32,000 nt of DNA from positions 45,405 through 77,404 of the forward strand of contig JAFUVF010000064.1 of assembly GCA_017483735.1 (NCBI GenBank). Reading direction: 5' to 3'. Positions 26,654 to 32,000 of the stretch are shown here, piece after piece. The notes below the pieces were generated by a model. It was not told where the DNA came from. It saw only the letters and a list, made by a program, of their open reading frames with translations, and made no database searches. The stretch comes from Lachnospiraceae bacterium. Lineage in GTDB: Bacteria > Bacillota > Clostridia > Lachnospirales > Lachnospiraceae. Position 1 is the first letter of the stretch. Each line of letters starts with the position of its first letter. The position numbers were made by a program, and so were the translations under genes.

Positions 26654-27517
26654 CTATTCTCCGAAATCATTTTGCAATAATTTGCTGTATATCTCCCTTT
26701 TGGAAACACCCCTGTCTGCTGCCGCCTGCTTCATGGCTTCCTTTCTCGTAAATCCGAGAGCCTCATAATATTCCAAATGCTCTTCCACGCTCATATCCAG
26801 CCATTCCGCTTTTCTTTCAAGCGCTGCTTCATCCGCATTCCTTCCCTCTATAACAAGAACATATTCCCCTCTGGGTTCGTTTTCATCATAATATTTCAGC
26901 GCTTCATAAAGAGTCGTGCGTCTTATGTCCTCAAATTTTTTTGTAAGCTCCCTGCATATGGCAATTTTTCTGTCTCCGAGGCACTCCGACAGTTCCTTCA
27001 GCGTCCCCTTGAGATGATGTGGCGCCTCATAAATTATAATCGTGCGGGGCTCGCTTTTTAATCCTGATAATATCTGCCTTCTCTCCTTTTTTTCAGAGGG
27101 CAGAAACCCTTCAAAGACGAAGCGTCTGGCTGAAAGACCCGACAGCGAAAGCGCAGTCACGCAGGCGCAGGCTCCCGGAAGGGACGTTACTCTGATACCT
27201 GCCTCTGCGCACATCGATACCAATACTTCTCCGGGGTCGGAAATCGCCGGCATTCCCGCATCGGTTATGAGCGCAACATCTGTGCCCTCTGAAAGCTTCC
27301 CCACCAGCTCCCTCGCCTTTTCGACCTTATTATACTCATGATAGCTTGTAAGAGGCGTATGTATGTCAAAATGGGTAATGAGCTTCATACTGTTTCTCGT
27401 ATCCTCGCAGGCTATCAGATCCACAGCTTTGAGTGTCTCAATTACCCTCGGTGTCATATCCGAAAGATTACCTATGGGAGTTGCGCAAAGGTATAGGGTA
27501 CCTCTTTCAAAATCCAT
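26654..27517 (-). CDS. rsmI: 16S rRNA (cytidine1402-2'-O)-methyltransferase
   Basis: 287 aa. Tetrapyrrole-methylase fold motifs LYLCATPIGNLSDMTPR, CEDTR and SDAGMPAISDPG-like (TDAGMPAISDPG). Confidence 0.93.
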   Translation of the reverse strand: MDFERGTLYLCATPIGNLSDMTPRVIETLKAVDLIACEDTRNSMKLITHFDIHTPLTSYHEYNKVEKARELVGKLSEGTDVALITDAGMPAISDPGEVLVSMCAEAGIRVTSLPGACACVTALSLSGLSARRFVFEGFLPSEKKERRQILSGLKSEPRTIIIYEAPHHLKGTLKELSECLGDRKIAICRELTKKFEDIRRTTLYEALKYYDENEPRGEYVLVIEGRNADEAALERKAEWLDMSVEEHLEYYEALGFTRKEAMKQAAADRGVSKREIYSKLLQNDFGE

Positions 27518-28238
27518 AATCCCTCTTTATCTCCTCCGTATACTCTCCGGAGGGTTCCATAAGTATGAGAGGCGCTTCCACCCTTAAGCCGCTCTTTCCG
27601 CCGCGCACACTCTCTATCAGAACCATATTAGGTTCCTTATCCTGTTTGGGATAAACAAGTCTCATACGCTTCGGCTCAAGCTTCTTATCCTTGAGTCCGC
27701 AGATTATCTCTGCAAGTCTCGCCGGTCTGTGCACCATATAGAAATGTCCTCCGGGCTTTAGAAGCTTTGCCGCAGCAGTAAGCACATCCTCTAATGTGCA
27801 GCATATCTCATGCCTTGCGACTGCCTTCGGCTCCTTTGGATTCTTTATTCCATGGGTATCCGCCATATAGGGCGGATTGCAGGTTATCACATCAAAGGAT
27901 GAAAGCTTGAAAAGCCCAGCCGCCTCCCTGATGTCTCCGCAGATTATCTCTATTTTATCCGAAAGAGAATTGAGCTCCACGGAGCGTCTCGCCATATCGG
28001 CGCTTTCCTCCTGTATTTCAAGCCCGGTATAGGCCGAACCGCCATATTTTGCTTCCATAAGTATCGGGATTATTCCCGTTCCCGTACCCATGTCAAGCAC
28101 AATATCTTCCTCGCTGCACCTTGCAAAGCCAGTGAGCAGCACAGCATCCATTCCGAAGCAAAACCTGTCAGGGTTCTGGATTATCCTGTATCCGTTCCTC
28201 TGCAGGTCATCTATGCGTTCTTTTTTTTCATTCATCAT
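27507..28238 (-). CDS. YabB/TrmN6-like SAM-dependent methyltransferase (tRNA m6A37 family)
   Basis: Motif I LDMGTGTGIIP and motif IV CNPPY. Start placed at MMNEKKERIDDL (ATG at 28236-28238), which overlaps the ricT stop; the longer ORF start at 28268 is less likely. Confidence 0.8.
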   Translation of the reverse strand: MMNEKKERIDDLQRNGYRIIQNPDRFCFGMDAVLLTGFARCSEEDIVLDMGTGTGIIPILMEAKYGGSAYTGLEIQEESADMARRSVELNSLSDKIEIICGDIREAAGLFKLSSFDVITCNPPYMADTHGIKNPKEPKAVARHEICCTLEDVLTAAAKLLKPGGHFYMVHRPARLAEIICGLKDKKLEPKRMRLVYPKQDKEPNMVLIESVRGGKSGLRVEAPLILMEPSGEYTEEIKRDYGF

Positions 28239-29148
28239 CCAGCTTTGAATGTCCCTCGTGCTTTTCATCCGCCTCGAGCTTGCGAAGCTCCTTCATCTCC
28301 TCGCCGGATACGTCCATCTTGTCCCTTCTGCCGTGACGCTTTTTGAATTTAAGCTCCTCCACCGGAAATTCCACAAGCTCCTTCTCATCGCCCCTCTCGA
28401 TGAGAACCTTGACCCTCTGGCGCAGAACATTCACGCTCTGAACATCTCCCCGCTCTCCGTCTGCGGTAGTGACATGGTCGCCCACATTGGGGAGCCTTCT
28501 GTTGAGCTCCTCATAGGTCTCCTCCTCATTCTTCAGGCAGCACATAAGCCTGCCGCACACTCCCGATATCTTTGTGGGATTAAGTGAAAGATTCTGTTCC
28601 TTTGCCATCTTTATTGATACGGGTACAAAATCCGGAAGATAGCTGTAGCAGCACAAGGGACGCCCGCATATGCCCAGACCTCCCCGTATCTTCGTCTCGT
28701 CTCTTACGCCAATCTGTCTCAGCTCAATTCTTGTACGGAAAACTCCCGCAAGATCCTTTACGAGTTCCCTGAAATCCACTCTTCCGTCTGCGGTAAAATA
28801 GAATAATACTTTATTATTGTCAAAGGTATACTCCGCATCGATAAGCTTCATCTCAAGACCATGCTTCTCGATGAGGGAAAGACATTTCTTATATGCCTCT
28901 TTTTCCTTGTCCTTGTTTTTTACGGATTTTTCGTCATCCTCGGGGGTCGCAATGCGAATTACGGATTTAAGCGGCGATACCACGGAAGAATCCTCTACCT
29001 CCTTGTTGCCGGAAACGACAGTACCGTATTCCACGCCTCTTGCAGTTTCAACAATCACATGATCCCCTCGCTTTATCGAAAGCTCTCCGGGGTCAAAAAA
29101 ATAAATCTTCCCTGCGGTACGAAACCGCACACCTATAACAGTCTTCAT
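28228..29148 (-). CDS. ricT: PSP1-domain protein RicT (YaaT)
   Basis: 306 aa. Conserved N-terminus VIGVRFRTAGKIYFFDPG and a Cys cluster GICGRPLCCYSYL...GVCGRLMCCL. Lies immediately downstream of holB, as in Bacillus. Confidence 0.88.
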   Translation of the reverse strand: MKTVIGVRFRTAGKIYFFDPGELSIKRGDHVIVETARGVEYGTVVSGNKEVEDSSVVSPLKSVIRIATPEDDEKSVKNKDKEKEAYKKCLSLIEKHGLEMKLIDAEYTFDNNKVLFYFTADGRVDFRELVKDLAGVFRTRIELRQIGVRDETKIRGGLGICGRPLCCYSYLPDFVPVSIKMAKEQNLSLNPTKISGVCGRLMCCLKNEEETYEELNRRLPNVGDHVTTADGERGDVQSVNVLRQRVKVLIERGDEKELVEFPVEELKFKKRHGRRDKMDVSGEEMKELRKLEADEKHEGHSKLDDE

Positions 29149-29184
29149 AATCTATCTACCTCACAGTTCACTTTATATTAAGCT

Positions 29185-30177
29185 TCAGCCCCGTTCCTTT
29201 ATCGTCATAAGGAGAAGCTCCATTACCAATTCAAGATTAACATTCGCCTCAATGCGCCGTTTTGCGCTCTCCAACGCCCTTATAATCTCCTCTATACCCT
29301 CATAGGTGCTCCTGTCCGCCACACGTCTCAATGCGGTTACCTCATTCCTGAATATGAGACTGTTTGCATCTGCGGTAGCCTTGTATATGAGCGCATCCCT
29401 GTACCATATTGCAATTATATCAAGATAATCCGCAATTTCAACCTTATACTGCGCAATGCCCTTAACTGCAGCAACAATCTCATAAAGCTCCATGTCCCGG
29501 ATATTTTTTACAAGTCCAAGGGCATCATTCTGTATCGCTTCAAAATCCTCGCTCTGGGCAAGATGCTTTGCACGTCCCACATTTCCTCTGGCAAATGCAA
29601 CGCAAATATCCGCTCTGTAGTCTGGTATCTGAATGGTACGCATCAGATAATTCTTTATCTTTTCATCCGCCACAGGCTTCATATCGAGCTTTATGCAGCG
29701 GCTTAATATAGTCGGGAGAAATGCATTCACATTGGATGTCAGAAGTATAATGGTGGCATATTCCGGCGGCTCCTCCAGAGTTTTGAGCAATGCATTCTGC
29801 GCCTGGGTGTTCATCTTTTCCGCTTCGTTCAGTATATATATCTTTCTTTCTGAGCTGTAGGGACGTATTATCACGTCATTGTTTATCTGGGTTCTGATGT
29901 CATCAATACCGACGGTGTTAGGCTTGTCATGGAGTACGTATTTGATGTCGGGGTGGTTATCCGTCATTGCCTGCCTGCAGGAATGGCATTCGCCGCAGGG
30001 CTCCGTTCCGTGCTTTTCGCATTGAAGCGCAGCCGCAAAAACCCTTGCGATAAACTCCTTGCCGGAATGCTTCTCGCCGCTTAATATGTATGCGTGTGAA
30101 ATTTTCTCTGTCCGTATTGCAGTCTGCAGGTGCTCCTTTATCTGCTCCTGCCCTACGATGTCCGTGAATTTGTACAT
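29185..30177 (-). CDS. holB: DNA polymerase III subunit delta'
   Basis: 330 aa. Contains ISHAYILSG, a Zn module CGECHSC, LLKTLEEPP and ILSRC. Confidence 0.9.
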   Translation of the reverse strand: MYKFTDIVGQEQIKEHLQTAIRTEKISHAYILSGEKHSGKEFIARVFAAALQCEKHGTEPCGECHSCRQAMTDNHPDIKYVLHDKPNTVGIDDIRTQINNDVIIRPYSSERKIYILNEAEKMNTQAQNALLKTLEEPPEYATIILLTSNVNAFLPTILSRCIKLDMKPVADEKIKNYLMRTIQIPDYRADICVAFARGNVGRAKHLAQSEDFEAIQNDALGLVKNIRDMELYEIVAAVKGIAQYKVEIADYLDIIAIWYRDALIYKATADANSLIFRNEVTALRRVADRSTYEGIEEIIRALESAKRRIEANVNLELVMELLLMTIKERG

Positions 30178-30183
30178 AGCTTT

Positions 30184-30624
30184 TTATGTAAATATATCCA
30201 ACAACAGTCCTCGTATCTCTCCGATTTTCTCCAGTATCGCTATATTGTCCTTCTGCTCCTTCATGAGCTCCTGCGCCAGAGAATCAAGATGTTCGTCAAC
30301 AAGCCTTATAATTCCGTAGACTCTGTGCCGGCCTCTTCTGTCGAGGAAGTTCTCTCTCGAAAACTCATGAGAATTTGCCACCACCTCGTTTAAGAAGCTC
30401 TTTATAAGCCCTCTGTAATGGCGCATATCTTTTACATCCTTGCGCTTGGCAATCTTCTCTCCCTCATGGGTAATCTCCTCCATCATGCCTGTGAGCTTCT
30501 CGATAAGCTCCTCGTTTTTGATATTGCCCGTGAGCATGAATTTGAAGGTTCCGTCCCCTGTCTGCACCTGCTTCGATGCTTCCACCGGAACCGGTGCCTG
30601 CACAGCGTTCACCTTTATATCCAT
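30184..30624 (-). CDS. YaaR-like DUF327 protein
   Basis: 146 aa. Sits directly upstream of holB, as yaaR does in Bacillus. The C-terminal [14 protein letters not shown] is typical of the family. Confidence 0.7.
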   Translation of the reverse strand: MDIKVNAVQAPVPVEASKQVQTGDGTFKFMLTGNIKNEELIEKLTGMMEEITHEGEKIAKRKDVKDMRHYRGLIKSFLNEVVANSHEFSRENFLDRRGRHRVYGIIRLVDEHLDSLAQELMKEQKDNIAILEKIGEIRGLLLDIFT

Positions 30625-31205
30625 TCCTTAATATACTCCGTTATCTCCGAAAGACAGTCCTCCAGCACATCGTTTGTGAAGCGCCTTTTTATTCCGGCAG
30701 CCTCAATATTTATATCGGAAAAATCCTCGTTGTCCGCAAGATACCTACGACACATTTCTTCGTATTTCGGGTGTTCCTGCTTCATCTCCCGGGATAGGGC
30801 TCTCTTTAATCTCTCGCCGTCATCCGCCTCCACATAGACCGGCAGAAGCATATTCTCTCCGAAATATTTTTTTAATGACATATAGGATTCAAGCGTCCCT
30901 ATCATCAAATAACTCTCTCCCGAATCCGGTACAACACTTCCATCATCGACGGTAAAATATCGCCAGAGCCCGTGGCAGGTATTGTATTTGCGCTCCTCCG
31001 CAATTTTTCCCGATGCCTTAAGCCTTCTGTATTCCTCCTCGTCTACAAAATGGTACTCCACCCCTTCCCTCTCCTTAATACGGATAGGTCTCGTAGTATA
31101 GGTTACCACATTCTTCAGATTCAGTTGGTCTATACGGAGAAGAAGCTTGAAGAGAGTATCCTTTCCCGTGGAGCTCTTCCCCATAAGGTAAACTATTTTG
31201 CCCAT
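30615..31205 (-). CDS. Guanylate-kinase-like protein
   Basis: 196 aa. P-loop GKSSTGKDT and a [16 protein letters not shown] motif of the guanylate kinase fold. Divergent from canonical Gmk. Confidence 0.7.
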   Translation of the reverse strand: MGKIVYLMGKSSTGKDTLFKLLLRIDQLNLKNVVTYTTRPIRIKEREGVEYHFVDEEEYRRLKASGKIAEERKYNTCHGLWRYFTVDDGSVVPDSGESYLMIGTLESYMSLKKYFGENMLLPVYVEADDGERLKRALSREMKQEHPKYEEMCRRYLADNEDFSDINIEAAGIKRRFTNDVLEDCLSEITEYIKEWI

Positions 31206-31219
31206 ACAAGATTATTTTA

Positions 31220-32000
31220 TCACAAATCCCTGCTAATTTCTATCCCCTGCACATTTAAGCCCTTCCTTACGCTGTCCGCAATCAGCCCGATGCGTTCTTC
31301 ATCATATATCTCCCCCGGTACGACAATAGGCGTCCCCGGAGGATACATACTCACAAATTCAGCCGATATGCGTCCTGCTGCCATTCCTATATCCAATATC
31401 TCACACTCTGCATCCCATGCCGCCCTGATGCCCTTTTGTTTTCCCTTTTCTGAATTTACATATTCATCCTTTAACACGTATACTTTTATTTCCGCCCCTT
31501 CATCCCGCCCGTCTGAGCGTTCAGCTTTGCTTTTTTCCGCATACTTATCATAATTGACGTCGATCTCCCCCAGCGCTCCATACATTCTGTCATATGCCTC
31601 GTCCTCGTCCATCACGGTAAACATCGAAAGACAATACTCCTTCCCCGCCATCTCCGGCTGAAGCATAAATTCCGACCGAAGGATATCATATATTTTTTTC
31701 CCCGACAACACTCCGTTTTTATCCCTTATTATACACTTCCCTATATCGCATTTTTTCCCGTCAGCGCCCTCCAAAAAACCTCCGGCATATATGTTCTTAA
31801 GCCCCTTTACCCTGCTCAAAAAACCCTTATACCTGTCTGCAAATTCATCAAAATGATTCGGCCGTCTTACACTTTCACCTTCCAGAAAGGCTGTACATTC
31901 ATCTATTGACGCCATGAGGATATACGACGGCGAGCTGCTTTGATAGATTCTCAAAAACCGCCCAAGCCTTCTTCTGTCAACACGCTCCCCCTTTAAATGT
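31220..32000 (-). CDS. Orn/Lys/Arg decarboxylase family protein (YaaO-like), C-terminal part; 5' end outside the window
   Basis: The frame stays open to base 32000, so the TTG at 31954 is internal. The motif SSPSYILMASID is typical of the major domain end, followed by the C-terminal domain (YPPGTPIVVPGE). Confidence 0.8.
   Translation of the reverse strand, partial: HLKGERVDRRRLGRFLRIYQSSSPSYILMASIDECTAFLEGESVRRPNHFDEFADRYKGFLSRVKGLKNIYAGGFLEGADGKKCDIGKCIIRDKNGVLSGKKIYDILRSEFMLQPEMAGKEYCLSMFTVMDEDEAYDRMYGALGEIDVNYDKYAEKSKAERSDGRDEGAEIKVYVLKDEYVNSEKGKQKGIRAAWDAECEILDIGMAAGRISAEFVSMYPPGTPIVVPGEIYDEERIGLIADSVRKGLNVQGIEISRDL

Noticed and set aside
1-32000. Search for tRNA, rRNA, CRISPR arrays, transposases, integrases and phage genes.
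   Set aside because: No spaced direct-repeat arrays were seen, no tRNA-like T-arm motifs (GGTTCGAATCC-type), and no recombinase-like translations in the ORF track. An Rfam/tRNAscan run would be needed for certainty.

Overview
This window looks like a chromosomal segment of a low-GC Gram-positive bacterium (Firmicutes/Clostridia; Lachnospiraceae-like is only an inference from gene content and order). About 34 genes are present and nearly all lie on the minus strand. Most are core genes. They include rpsF-ssb-rpsR, a CUT2-type monosaccharide ABC transporter (binding protein, ATPase, permease), a CobB-type sirtuin, a DHH/DHHA1 phosphoesterase and a DUF218 protein. Further along are glgC-glgD, rplM-rpsI, a YesL-like membrane protein, a GNAT acetyltransferase and metG. 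A c-di-GMP-related operon follows (FapA/DUF342 protein, REC-like HD-GYP, HAD hydrolase, membrane HD-GYP+GGDEF). The window ends with the origin-proximal block known from Bacillus: Orn/Lys/Arg decarboxylase, guanylate-kinase-like, yaaR-like, holB, ricT/yaaT, yabB-like methyltransferase, rsmI. I saw no rRNA, tRNA, CRISPR array, transposase or integrase. The one clearly accessory segment is an AT-rich cassette at about 11.9-15.3 kb, wedged between the rpsI terminator and the glgC promoter. It encodes a C5-cytosine methyltransferase, a D12-class N6-adenine methyltransferase and an upstream HNH-nuclease-like reading frame. That frame is split into three pieces by an in-frame TAG and a 1-nt frameshift in a T5 run. 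I read this as a Type IIS-like restriction-modification system whose nuclease is decayed or split while both methyltransferases remain intact. It is the best candidate for something unusual here, but it resembles known R-M architecture rather than a wholly new system. Secondary observations: a roughly 130-nt extended imperfect palindrome (candidate structured RNA or MITE-like element) between metG and the GNAT gene; a receiver domain lacking all three phospho-acceptor-pocket aspartates fused to HD-GYP; nine regular 26-aa repeats at the N-terminus of the FapA-like protein; and a degenerate GGDEF-like tail on the HD-GYP/GGDEF protein. All functional calls come from motif recognition in the supplied translations. 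No database search was possible.
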